The notes below the pieces were generated by a model, which searched no databases, was not told where the DNA came from, and saw nothing but the letters and a program-made list of their open reading frames with translations. A DNA stretch of 61,822 nucleotides, counting the filler, from Basidiobolus meristosporus CBS 931.73 (taxonomy: Eukaryota > Fungi > Basidiobolomycota), in the NCBI GenBank assembly GCA_002104905.1. It is 3 parts of 3 records of this genome, joined end to end, with 100 filler letters (N's around TTAATTAATTAA, not from the genome) between each part and the next. Parts side by side here need not be neighbours in the genome. Positions count along the whole stretch, not along the records: positions 19,763 to 31,497 come from MCFE01001264.1; positions 31,598 to 61,822 come from MCFE01000853.1; 1 more part is not named here. One strand, given 5' to 3'. Shown one piece after another: positions 25,800-38,760 of this stretch (positions within the stretch are counted from its first letter, which is position 1; each line of letters starts with the position of its first letter). The position numbers and the translations under genes were made by a program.

Positions 25800-28700
25800 T
25801 TACGAGTGCTCGACCTGATTGAGGAACGCTTCATCAACTCTTGCTTCAGTCGAAGCCATGAAGCGCCGCTTGGTCCATTTGTAAAGCTCTGATAGAGTGA
25901 TGAAGATCAATGCGTCGGCGGCAACTAGTCCCCACTCCCAAGAGATTCCTTTGTGTCTGAAGACGGTGGTGTTCAGCCTATCAAAGAAGATTCAATTAGC
26001 CACAAAGCTGGGGAACTCTTCACTATTCGGTAACCTACCCTGGAATATAGATGCATGGGAATAAGAGTAAGAACCCGGAGATGACACTCCAAAACAAGAA
26101 CCGGTTGGAGTAGATATCTTTAAGCTGTGCCCATGTCCATTGAGGGCTACGAAGGGAACGGCAATTAAAGCAGTGGATCAAAATCAGCACGGTGATCGCA
26201 GCATATGCCGCAGCTCGACCTCGGTAGATTTCCGCGCATGAGTCACTGTACGTCTGGTTACAGTTTCTCCCAATCTCTCCGGAGCCGACCACGAAGACAA
26301 CCAGGACGAAATTAAGAAGTGATAACAAGCCCATAACACAGCCATACAGGATGTTGTCTAAAATGACTTCGAATGTGAAGAGTCCACCAGAGTGGGGCTT
26401 TTGCCGCATGATTTCAGGAGTGGCTGGTTCCATTCCTAGGGCCATGGATGGAGGAGTGCTGATAAATTCGTCTAGGTATCACTTCAGAAGGCTAGCCTAA
26501 TAATTGCGAGGACTTACCTTGTAGCTAATGTGTAGAACAAGATCTGGACTGGGGAGAGAGGGTACACTGAAGACCCTTGGTCATCCTTGATAGCAAGCGC
26601 TATCATCAACACCAGGACACATGCCAGATTTCCCGATAGCAGATTTTGAACAAACTTAATGAAGTTGGCGAAAACTCTACGTCCTTCAGCAATAGCACCA
26701 ACAATCGTGGCAAAGTTGTCATCGGTCAAAATGATATCTGATGCTTGTTTGGCCACATCTGATCCCGCCTTGCCCATAGCTATACCAACATCCGCAATTT
26801 TAAGACTAGGCGAATCATTCACACCATCTCCGGTCATCGCCACGATTTTCTGGCGTCTGTGGAAAGCACGTATCATCTTCACCTTTGTATTAGGACTGCA
26901 TCGTGCGATAACTCGAGGAAGCTCCGGTAGAGCGTCAATCTCTTCTTCGGTCAAGGAATCAAACTCTCCTGCAGTCATGACTAGTCGCGAGTTACTTCTT
27001 TTCTCATTAGTCGCTCCTTCGGGTGGTAGGATGGCTACTTCACGAGCAATAGCTTCAGCTGTGGCTGGATGATCTCCAGTTAGCATGTGGACTTGAATTC
27101 CAGCTTGATAACACTTGAGGACTGCAGAGCGCGATTCCAAGCGTGGTGGGTCATAAATTCCCCCCAATCCAACGAAAGTAAAGCCTTGTTCAATGTTTTC
27201 ACGAGTCCAAGCTGAAGGTCCGGATTTCACCATCTCTTCATCAAGAATTCGATAGGCCAAGCCCAAAACACGCTAATTTGACAAATCTTATGAGATACTT
27301 ATCACCTATCTACGCCTATCAAGGGTAACTTACCAATCCTTGGGATGCCATGAAGACTATTTGAGGCTCCAGCAAAGACTCCAACTGTTGCTGTTCTGTG
27401 GGTTGTTCGCTGTCCCCATACTTAACTTTAGTGCAACAGCCAATAATACGTTCAAATGCACCTTTGAGATACACAATATATTTCCCAGTACGCTCTTCCT
27501 TGTATATGACACTCATTCTCTTGATAGCTGATTCGAATGGGAACTCCATAGCCAGTGTATATGTATTGGAAGGATCGGCATCAGTGGTATATGTTGGTTT
27601 TCCGCTATTTAGTTTGTGCGCAAAGACTTGAAGAGCAGTCTGGAATAGATACATGTCACCATCAGTAAAAATAACGCAGTACTTGGCATTACAAAAGAAC
27701 CCAACCTCAGTAGGGTCACCGATATTAATCCACTCCTTTGAGTTATCGTCTTGCTTAATCATGGCCATGTTACACAGAGCAGCCGTCTCTACTAGTCTTT
27801 GGATAGGGCTGGGCATATTCTCGGGAGTAATTATCATTTCTCTTGCACTGTCCACTACATTGACACCATCCTCTTTTATCATCTGAGGATCAAGTATCTT
27901 CTTGTCACCTAGCCGAATAATGCACCCGGTAGGATTGATACCAGTTCCCGTAACGTGATAATAGCCGCTTTCAGGCAACCAAAAGCGGGTCAATACCATT
28001 TTTGCTTGAGTTAGTGTTCCTGTCTGATAGCACAATGTCAATATCGTAGATCTCTACTGAACAAGGAAATCGGTGCTTACTTTGTCGGAACAGATATTCG
28101 AGATTGATCCCAAGGCTTCTAAAGATGGAAGTTGACGAACAAGGGCGCGCTCCTTCGCCATTTTCCGAACACCAATTGCCATAGTGAATGTGACGACTGC
28201 TATCAGGCCACCTGGAATGACAGCAATCCCGATCGAGATGGCGTACACAGCAATACTTTGATTGATTTTGAAACGGTTAACCGCAAAGACAATAAGAATA
28301 AAAATGATCGCCAGGAGAAATAGAAGATAGGCCATTTTATCCAAGCTGAAACGCAGTTCAGTTAATATAAGCTTAGAGTAAACAAGAGTATGACTAGTAC
28401 CTTTTCTGCAATGGTGTTTTACCAGGTTTGTTGTCGTTGTTGGCAAGTTCCTGCGCAATCTTCCCAATTTCGGTAGTCATACCGGTACCAATAACTATTC
28501 CCCTGCCACGACCCCTCGTCACACTAGTCGAGGAATAAACCAGATTTAAACGGTCGCCGATTGGCTCGTTTGGATCTAGGATAAGATCGATACTAAACGA
28601 TTTCTTAGTCTTCATGCATTTCTTTATCCAAGACACGCTAGTGAATTTACCTCTTAGTAACAGGCACTGTTTCGCCGGTGAGCAGCGCTTCATCACATTC

Positions 28701-29271
28701 CAGATTAGAGATATCAAAAAGACGACAGTCTGCTCCAATCACGTCCCCGTTCTCGAACGATAAAACGTCACCGGGAACAAGTTCGCGGGTTGGGATGGTT
28801 GTGAACTCGCCGCTCCGGAGGACTCTACAGTTAGGTGAAGCCATCTTCCGCAAAGATTCCAAGGTTTTCTCTGCCTTGTACTCCTGAAAGAAGCCGGATG
28901 GTTGAATTGGTTATGATGACCAAACCTATGACGGCTAACGCCAACAAAAAAATGTTAGATGTGCCAGTACGTTTGTGAATCCTTCCGCAAGACTTACCTC
29001 CTTCGCCGTAATTTCCTCCCGCTGAGAAGGCTATAGCCATGGCAATAATTAGCACTAGTGTCAGTGCGTTAGCAATCTGTCGGAACAGGACTCGAAAAGC
29101 ACTGGGTCCTCCTTGGCCGGACATTTCGTTTGGGCCGTATTTCTCCAACCGCTGCTTTGCTTCATTAGTGGTAAGGCCTACTTGAATATCCGTTTCTAGT
29201 GTGGACGCAACATTTTCTTCGGTGTATGTATGATATGGTATGCTTTCCTGTGTTTGACCGGGCGGTTTCAT
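25800..29271 (-). CDS. ENA1: P-type ATPase, type IID (ENA Na+/K+ efflux-like), multi-exon; +1 frameshift at ~28896 and TM4 PGGL
   Basis: [13 protein letters not shown]|TGTLT (split by an intron), [18 protein letters not shown] (ENA signature), IGDPTE, KGA; stop TAA at 25802-25800. May be a pseudogene. Confidence 0.85.
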
Positions 29272-30037
29272 ATCGGAATGAGGAAGGGTGGAAGAGATAC
29301 TTTTGGGTGAGATCACAAGCCCATATCTTCTAGCTATATATTGTTTTACCAAGTGGTTGGATACTCTTTGGAGCGGGTTTGAATGATTAATAAAGACGAA
29401 GAGTCCTTTTGGATGCTGTTTGGATGCTCTTTGGATCCACTTCTGAGTGCCCATTCGGGAACTTCTCACTATATATGGGAATCACGACACAATTTTGAAT
29501 TGATTTATAGATCTTCAACATAGCTGAAAGTTAATCAATTGGCTAAATTTCAACCATTTTCCGAGTTCCTTTTTCGGGATAAGAAGGTTTTTTGCCACAG
29601 GTGTTCCATTTCATTGCCAGTAGATGCCCTTATTTGACAATGGAACTTTACACAGAGCGATGATGTGTAACGCAACATGTAATATATCTTAGATGCTGGC
29701 AATTTATGCTGTAAGCTTGGTCGAGGGCCTTATTTGCACCTTAAATTCACATGGATTGCTCTTACTTGATGAGCAGATGTGCGGAACAGTCCGAACGTAC
29801 AGTAGTGTTGTGGAGGACAGCATGCATCAATATCTTTCATTCAAGCTCTCCTCAGTGAGTATCGAGTAATCTATCCATCTGCAATGGGGAATGTAATTCC
29901 CTTATATCCCCTTACAGCATTCTCGATTTGTTCGGTTGGAACTTTGGCCTGTTTCATAAAGATATATAGCGGGTATTGCACTCATACACCTGGCTAATTA
30001 TACTCCTCACCCCAAGTTTTGTTCGATAGAAGTTAGA

Positions 30038-31109
30038 ATGACGAACTCCAAAGATAAATTTTACATGATTCGCGCATCCCTATTACGAAAATCCGATCAG
30101 GAGGTATGGCGCGCCGTTCTTGTCCCTAGCTCCTTCTCCTTGCTTCAGTTCCATGTCGTACTCCAAGATCTCTTTGGCTGGAAGGAAACAAGCGGGTCAT
30201 TCCACTACTTTAGTCACGGGAAGATGGAACACAAGGTGTATCTTGAAGAAGAGATCTTTTACCAACATCGCAATTTCCACGACTGCCCAGAGATTGTTTA
30301 TCAAACTATATATCCGGAAGAGTGCGATGGTTGGGTAAAGCGAATAGGACCAGGCCTTTACATCGGTATGACTGCTGGGCTGGTTTGTTGTCTTGATATG
30401 TTTAGTAAACATCTTTGCTTGTCTTGTAGAGCATACACATCCTCACGATCCAGCCCCTTTATTTACCGTAAACCACGAACTAGCCGTTACAAACGACGAA
30501 CTGACTACACGAATTCTCCGCGACGAGAGACTGTACAAAATACATCACGTCTTTGATCTGTTCCCGCATCTTTTTTACGAGTTTGATCATGGTTTGGACT
30601 CAGTTCCTAGCTTCCGCCTGTTGCTTTCTTTTGAAGAAACCATTATCTCTGCCCCGGACGACTTCTCCACAGACTACTCTCTTTTCCCAGTCATCATAGA
30701 TGGGCAAGGGGAGTGCGCTTTGCCTTTTGAAAAACAAGAGGTTTTTCAACTGAATTCAATGCAAAAGCGTCTGAATTGCTCCCACACAGAGTATAAGCAG
30801 GGTGATGTCAACAAGTGCTATTTGTGCCACCGATTTGAATTTGATTGCCCAAAATCCAATAGTCAGTGTGCTCAGCACTCTTCAGAAACCTGTTGCGCTT
30901 ATTGTATCTGCAACCCTGATGTAAAAGATAGCGAGCCCTACGAACATAATCTCAGTATGCTGGCTTGGGAGCAAGGCCTTATTGCATTGAACGCCGAAAG
31001 GGCGAAGTTCTTAGAGGCGATGACCAATGGAGATGCATTTCAATGTCACTGGATCGAAAACGATGGAGGTTCATGCGGCTTTTGCCATAATATTGGCATG
31101 AACTGTTAG
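30038..31109 (+). CDS. pRiA4b ORF3-like (MM3350/TnpR-like) domain protein with Cys/His-rich C-terminus, 2 exons (intron 30366-30429)
   Basis: VWRAVLVPSSFSLLQFHVVLQDLFGW and FYEFDHG...FPVIIDGQGEC follow the PF07929 pattern (IWR.I.VP...L..LH..IQ..FGW; YEYDFG; YP.C..G.G.C). Confidence 0.7.
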
Positions 31110-31497
31110 AAGCGAATTTTTTATTTATATTTCCTCAATAAACATTACAGTAGATCTATTGCATTCCCTTATGCTATATTCTCTCGATGCTACGCTATAT
31201 TTCCTCGATGCGTATTACAGGCTCTACTTAATATTGCTTCGTTAGGCATTGCATTATTACATCAACCAACGCACCTGGATTACGGGATGAGATTATGCAT
31301 GCCTACTCTAATGCAGGGCAGTCCAGTGGAGATGTACTCTGCTGCAGCCGACCTTCTGAGATGGTGAGCAATTTGACCGTTAGTTCGGCTTGATCCCTTA
31401 ACTATAAATTCAGCCTGAGCTAAGCCTGATCCCTCGTCCGCAATGCTTCAATCCATCTTTCGAAAAAAAGTCACCGCAATCCGCCAAAACGCCGATC

Positions 31498-31597
31498 NNN
31501 NNNNNNNNNNNNNNNNNNNNNNNNNNNNNNNNNNNNNNNNNTTAATTAATTAANNNNNNNNNNNNNNNNNNNNNNNNNNNNNNNNNNNNNNNNNNNN
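31498..31597. other. Artificial contig spacer (44 N + TTAATTAATTAA + 44 N)
   Basis: Identical to the spacer at 19663-19762. Confidence 0.97.
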
Positions 31598-32054
31598 CCG
31601 AGAAATCGCTAATTGTGACCAGTCTTTGTTCCCGTTGTAGCGTGGTCATCTTCCGTTCTTTTAGTAAGAGATAGATTCCTTTTGTTTAATACTACCCCCT
31701 GCTGTGAGCACCAATTCTGTTACGTACTTAAAGAGTAATGTCCTTTAGAGAGTACGAAAAGGGATAACCTATATGTTATCTTGTAGATTCGACGGGGTAG
31801 TGTAAGAATATCTCTTAAAAAGGTTAGGGTGGTGACTTCGTAGAAATATATTCAAACTAATATTCGTTCCTACTACGCTCTTCTGCCTATAACCAAAACT
31901 CCCTTTTTATTTAGTTACTTGTTTGGTATTTATACCTTGTTGTGAGTCTGGTGATTTGTCTTTTGATTTGTTTTTCCCTGGCTACTAAGTCGTCTTTGTA
32001 TGCGTTGATGTCACTTAGCATCAAGTGACTCTTTACTCTGTAACACCTAACCAA

Positions 32055-32126
32055 GAACACCTAGCCTTGTGGTTATCCCTAACCCTTCCATACCCATGGT
32101 TGTGGGTTCAAATCCTGGATCCAGCA
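32055..32126 (+). pseudogene. Degenerate tRNA-like sequence (Pol III A/B boxes), SINE-head-like
   Basis: A-box-like TAGCCTTGTGG (32062-32072) and B-box GGTTCAAATCC (32105-32115) at tRNA spacing; the acceptor stem does not pair. Confidence 0.45.
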
Positions 32127-32363
32127 AAATTTGATTAATAAATTGATGTGTGCTCATTGGGAGATGGCTTGATCAGCCATTGGGCAAAGTAATGGCTCTG
32201 ATTGGCTGAAATCCTTGAAATGCTAATTGGCCAGATTTGCCTAGTAAATTTGGCCAGTGATTGCCCAGAAATTCATCTCAGTTCCCCCAGTCTGCTGGCC
32301 ATTCCGGCCACAATTCAGCTACCGCAAACCAGTATAACTTAGCTCAGATATATTCAGATTCTC

Positions 32364-33169
32364 ACTTCTCAGGCCTGGCTTTCCAGGAAACCTCTCTTAG
32401 ACCTAGCTAACTAGGAAATATAGTACCACTCAGCTTCTCAACTCTCAGACCTGGCTTACCAGGAAGATATCTCTCAGACCTAGCTTTCTAGGAATAGCTT
32501 CAGATTAACTTGGCTTCTTTAGATACTTGTCATAAGTAAATAAAGATTGCACCACTTGGTGACTTTCCTCCCCCTAACCCTAAAATGTTCTAGACCTCTT
32601 AATTGGCTTCTTTATTTGTACTTAGATTAGCTCTTAACTCAAATAAAGATTTCACCAACTTGGTGACTTTCCCTCTCCTAGCCCTTGCCCTAAGCACACT
32701 CTCTTTATGATGAATATCAATCCTTATCATATTCCCCTCATTAATGTTGTTCACAAATCATTCTTACCCCTCTTGCTACCCCCCTTCCCCCTGAACAGTG
32801 GCTTGAGTACTGAAGAACTATCATCACTTCTTGTAAACTACCTACTAGTTCCCCTCAGCTACACACTCTTGTATCAAAGCTACAACAGTAGCGCTGGCTT
32901 CTTTGTTTCATCTGAAATAAAGATTTTACCTGTTAGTGACTGTCTCCCCCCTTACTTCTCAGGCCTAGCTTTCCAGGAAACCTTTCCCATACCTAGCCAA
33001 CCAGATAATGTAGCACCACTCAGATTTTCACCTCTCAGACCTGTCTTACTAGGAAGATGTCTCTCATATCTGGCTTTCTATGAACTACTTGTGATTAACT
33101 TGGCTTCTTTAAATGCTTGTTATAATTAAGTAAAGATTTCACTACTTGGTGATGTCCCTCCCCCCAACA
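32364..33169 (+). repeat. Two diverged copies (~32364-32578, ~32954-33169) plus a partial copy of an LTR-like repeat
   Basis: Shared CTCAG(A/G)CCTGGCTT..CAGGAA sub-repeats and 3' AATAAAGATT...CTTGGTGACTTT..CCC..AACA; a related end occurs at ~40075-40112. Confidence 0.65.
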
Positions 33170-35392
33170 ATCAAGATAACCATGGGCTATTGTCCCAATA
33201 GTTATTTAAAACTAAAGACACTGTCTCTGCTTAAACAGATCAGAACAAGTTATTTGCCCAAAAATTCTATCAGAATAAATGTCCCTTATTTTTTCTGGTA
33301 AGGCCTTTAGAACTCCATTCCAACAGCTGCAAAAACTCTCCTTTTTGCCTACAAATCTACATTAGGTCCAGTAAGCACCATACCAGTGTGCTAAGATATT
33401 TGGTTATAGGGCTCTATTGATTATAACTCCTCAATACTGCCTCATGTTATAGTGTGATACAGGTACTGGCTACCATGTGTTTTGCCTTATAAATATTATG
33501 AGATGAACAGGTTGTTAGGATCCTAGGCTTTTGTCCCTCAATGATGGAAGTTCTAGATCTTTCATATGGATTATGATTACAAAAAGCCACATAAATAATG
33601 ACTACAATATTTGCTTAGAGATGATGTAGTAATGGGATACTTTGCACTACCACACATCACTACCATTGTCATTGTCTTCAGAACACCCACTAGTGCCATC
33701 ACATCAATTTTCCCATCATTGCCATGACACATTATTGTCATCACCAGCAATTCACCCACAGTTGCTTTGGCAGTGTAGCGGTACTTCTGGGTGTAGCTCA
33801 ACAACTCACAGTGCTTGAGATGTCTGATATGTGCAATAACATCTTAGTCAAATTCCTATTGTCTCTATCAATATGTCATAATGGCATAGGCACCTGCTTC
33901 TCTAGCTTCCTGGGTGCACTAAGTGTCTCCAAATGCCTCTGTGTACCTTGTACACCACTCTGAGAAGCTCCCTGGTAGCAAGTCCAATATGTAACTGCTG
34001 AAGGTAGGCTCTGTGATTAACTGCTAATCAATAAGGCAGAAGTTCTACTAAAGGAAGAGATAGTTCATTATTAGGGATATGACTTCCCTTAAGTACTTAT
34101 CCTGACTGTATGGTGATTACTAATAACAGAGTTCTAGAAGATTCCAGGCATAAGTAGTAATCTTGATGGCATCATAATGAGCCTAAACTACTCTAAGAAG
34201 GTCCTGGAAAGTTCTAAGAAGTTCAGCACATCTAACTAATCAGGGATTGATGGTCTGAAACCCACACAGCAAAGAGAAACTATAGATGGTACTGAAGCAG
34301 CTACAATGGCAACACAGACTTAGATCATGGGTCACTGTTGCTGATGCATGTACTTGCTTAATATGGATACATATGCTGATCACAAAGCAGAATACCAATT
34401 GGGATCAGTAGTGTCTATAACTAATCAGGGTGAATAGCAGATGGCTACAATACTAACAAAATGGGAATGGAAGTATGGTGTAATACTGATGATTAATAAT
34501 ATGGATTATCTTAGCAAAGTAGGTACATGAATAAGATTGCCAGTGAGTGGTAGTTTATCCTACAACATTGCCTTGATATAACATTTTCACCTTCCATACT
34601 TGCCTACCCTCCATCTCTCCTAGTCTACTAATCTGGCTCCCACTAAAGCACTCACATCATCTGTATTCAATTACCATTCACAATGGCAATTACAATGTAC
34701 CATAATAAATGTCTGCTGCTTCCAAATAAATGCAAATTTGATTTTCTCTTTCATACAAGCAGTGTTACATATCAGTATTTATTATTGTTCATCCAATATA
34801 TCAATTCCTCCAGATATGTGACCTTTAGTCTGCTTCCCAAAGGTGTGGTACAGGCTAGAAGTGCCCACAAAAATTGTAGTGGAAACACATAAATTAGATA
34901 AAGCTTTAGCCTCTTGCCCTAAGTTGGGTGCTTGAGCAGGTGCAGGGCTCACCAAAGACTCTAATGGGTCTAGTAGGGGAACCAATGGCTGCTTCAATTG
35001 CAAGCAATGCAATACTAAATACAAAGCTTCAGACTAGTGTACTCAACCACCTGACCAACTATCTTTGCAACTTCATACTTCTCTATTATTCACTTCTCAT
35101 TAATCTCTACTGCTAAATAACCTTGATTCTGAGCCTATGAGCAGTCCTCAGCTAGCAGCCTTTCCCAAATCTTTGCTTGAACTTGAGCAGCCTTTTCAAG
35201 GTTCCCTTGATACTACTGCAGTATGCTAAAGAGGAGAAGTACTGATTCCTCTCCCTTGTAGCTAGCTTCCTCTCTCCAGAATCTTCCTGGGCAAGGGAAG
35301 TCTTCTTCAGCTCCACTACAACCATCCCCTCCTAAAGAAGCTAGCCCTCCAGTGGAGCAAAGCTTAAGTCTTCAAGTGAGACCTGATCCACC

Positions 35393-38300
35393 ATGGACTT
35401 CAGACTTTCTGAGTTGATGTCTATCATGGAGCTTCTTCTTGAGCAATATGTTCAAGTGCTCAAAAATGCTTTGAAGAATCAACATGTTCAACTTACAGCC
35501 ATCCATTGTGACTCAGGAAAGCCTACTGTGGCTGCAGTAGATTCTCCAATAGCTAGTCAGCCAGAAAGCAATGGACCTTCTTCCCAGAGTGGCACCAGTA
35601 TACACCCTGTCCACAACACCCAGATGAATCTACAGCAAGCACTGTTGCCTCCAAACCCAGTAACTCAATCCTGCAGAAGTCCTATCTTTGCTGAAATAGC
35701 AAAGTTAAATGCCAGGTCTGGGTTCAGGGAAGAAGACAACTGACTGAGTATAAACATGAGACTTTGCTTTAGTGCATAGCCCCCCTTTACCAGTGCAAAG
35801 ACAGGGGTCAGCCATTAAGTTTGTAGGATGTGCCTTCAAGGTATCAAACTTCAATTAATAAGCAGGTCAAATACATTCTCTTTGAGTAGAGATTTCAACT
35901 ATACAAGATATGGGGTATCAGATAAGCTGGTAGAAATGCTGCTGGGCTTGCTCTCTCTGCTGAGTATACTCACTTATTGATTGCAGAAGTGAAGAAATGC
36001 CACTTTCTCAAACTACAGGGCAATGTAAATCCTTCTGAGACCTTATGACTAGAAGCCACTGCCACTGTGGCTGAGCCAGTGAAGGATGCCTATGCAAGAA
36101 GACTGTCACAGTCTTGCAACCTGGCAGAGAGACACCTCCAAGCTTTACCTGACTGATCCTGCTAAGGAGAGTGGTTACCTAATCATTAGCATTGAAATAA
36201 CCTGTGCTGCTATGATTCTTCACAATCATGAGCTTAAGCCTGATCCTACATATCATCCTATGTCAGTACTTAATGCCTAATATTAGGTAGCTCCCACTGC
36301 TGATTGGTGATGAAATCTATCTAGCCCCTGAAGATTTGCTTCTGGAATTGCTTATGATTAAATGCTCACAAATGGTGTGGTATCATGGACTTAATCAAAT
36401 TCAGTAGATTTGACATGATTTCCTGGTGAAACTTGATGTGTTGTTCAAGCTTTACATATATCACACTCACACCTTATAGCCACCTCCAAAAGGATTGGCC
36501 CTAACAGGACTGTCCCTAAGCCAATTAGAGCAAACTGTGAGAAGGCTGTCCCTAATTCAATCACAATTAGTCATGAGAAAGTTGCATGATTTCTCTAATA
36601 TCACCAGATCTAAGGCCAATAATATTGATGGTCTCCTGCACTGAATATTCAATATGTGTAACTCTGATGTTAGTTAGCTTCATATCTGTCTAACCCCTCC
36701 CCCAATGTCCTGGTAGGATGTGCCTCATTTCTGCCTACTTAGCCTCCCACTCTGCTCTTTGGTGCTATCAACACTCACTAGTGTAGACTCCCTGGTCCTT
36801 AGAAGGTTGAATCAAGAAGTAAGATTGACTTACTTGCAAGTGTTCCTTTTAAAGACATAGCATGGCATACCTTCCCCCCATCTTACTGAAATACTCCTGA
36901 TCAAGCTGATGTTAGATATGACACAATTCCTCACTGACACCTTGGGTTTTATAAAATGTGTAGTTAGTCAGACTCTATATTCATTGCTGCTATGGTGACA
37001 ATGGCCTATTCTTTTTCTTGCATGCAGAATTTCTCTTTCTGCCTCACTCAAGCTGCAACTTCAGTCACTTAAGAAGCCAAATGTTCTGTAGGTCACCAGC
37101 AGCCAGTACTCTTTGGGGTAAAACAGCAGCAAACTTCCTAGAGACATGAGGAAGCTCTTACATCCAACTCTCCTATAGGAGCTATCTGTGCTGCCATTTG
37201 CCCCACCTATACTACTTTTCACTCTGTGGTATTGATTGTATGCAAAGTTTACTTGGAAACTCTCTAAGCTCATCCCACCAAACCTGGTCCTAGGAGACAT
37301 GACCCCCTTTAAGACTACACTCTGCCTCAGCTGTCTAGTAGGCTGCTGTGATGTTCAAGCAAGCTCAGAGGGTAGCCCAGGCCAAAGTAGTAATCAGCTC
37401 CAAACATCTTAGTATCTTTGCTGTGGATGATGCACACAAGCACTTTCAAGAAGTATACTCATACCCACCTGCTCACTACCATAAAGTTGGCTGGGTTTTA
37501 GCATTTGGGTCCTTTATGCATAATACCCTCCCTAATAGTGAGTGGTTTGCTACCAGGTCTCCTCTTCTGATAATCAGCAAGTATCCCTCCCCCAAATCAT
37601 CTGATCTGGGCCCTCTCCATGTATATATTCTCAAGGCATTTGCTAGAAATGAAGCTACCATAGATGATTTAAAAGCTTCCTTTTGTAATCACCTCAAGCT
37701 TGCATTTACTCCTTGAAACTGGTATTATTGTCACATTCATCCTTTGCCAAAGAAGTCCAATTTTCATCCATTGCTAACTACAGGCCTATTGCCTTGTCAC
37801 CAATGTGCAAAGAATAGTTGAAGCCTCCCTTATTACACTGCATTAGAGATTCTCCCTTAGCCCAGTTTCATCCTGCACTAGCTGGCTTCAGAGAGGCTAC
37901 TCAACTGTAGCACATTTAGTGGTATAAAATGTTGTATTTTACATATCAGGTCATGAAGCGGGAAAACGCAGACTCTTTGTTGACCTGAAACAAGTACTGA
38001 TATGGTGGTGATCCTCATATTCTGAAGAAGCGCAAGAACAAGCATGCATCCAATCAGTTTCTTGAGATTGTATACTCATCTTTCTTAGCTTGTTATTCCA
38101 CTATTAGTGTCTATGGTTTAATCTTGTCTTCATTCTGCAGGCTGAGGGGGCTAGGGATCTTTTATTTCACCAGTTCTGCTCAATATCTACATTGATGATC
38201 TGGCAGATATTTTCTGTATGAATGACCCATGAGCTTCTGTACCTACTGCACTGCTATTTGCTAATGATATCTAATTGCTGCCTAGGAGTCTTTTGAAAGC

Positions 38301-38760
38301 TTATTGTTTTCTGAGTAAAGTCAGACTATCTTATACTGCCAATGGTATGGAAGTAAGTACTGCTAAATCAGCATACATTGGATCAAGGCTGGTGTGAAAT
38401 ATTTCCTTCTATAACTTACCTCTACCTCAACCTTTCTTCTACAACAACACTGGACCCTCAACTTACCAAAGTGAGATTTCTTGAGCAGCTTACACTGAAA
38501 AATGTATTCAAAGGGCTTCTGCCACTTTGAAACCTCTACAGCTCAAAGGGCTAGAAGGTATTCTGTGATTAAGTTATAGCTATTCAAGGCCCTTATGTGT
38601 CCATGTTGGGAGTATACTGCTGCTATGATATGCTTGGCTACTAATCCTGACCTTACTACCTGTTTACAAGCTCTGTAACAAGAAGATATTAGCTGGGAAG
38701 TAGATGCTTCTGACTGCCATTTTAGGTGATATCCAAGGCTTATGTGTAGTCGGATTGGTA
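35393..38760 (+). mobile_element. Degenerate non-LTR retrotransposon (LINE)
   Basis: RT motifs in order: NYRPIAL (37776), AGFR (37881), FVDLKQ (~37977), SPVLLNIYIDDL (~38167), LLFANDI (~38252); upstream boundary uncertain. Confidence 0.7.

Noticed and set aside
31173-31497. 21-bp tandem repeat and possible structured RNA near the contig end
   Set aside because: Two imperfect units only; no snRNA, rRNA or riboswitch consensus recognised.
33170-35390. CpG-depleted DNA with short ORFs
   Set aside because: Probably TE-derived, but no diagnostic motif, so no family call.
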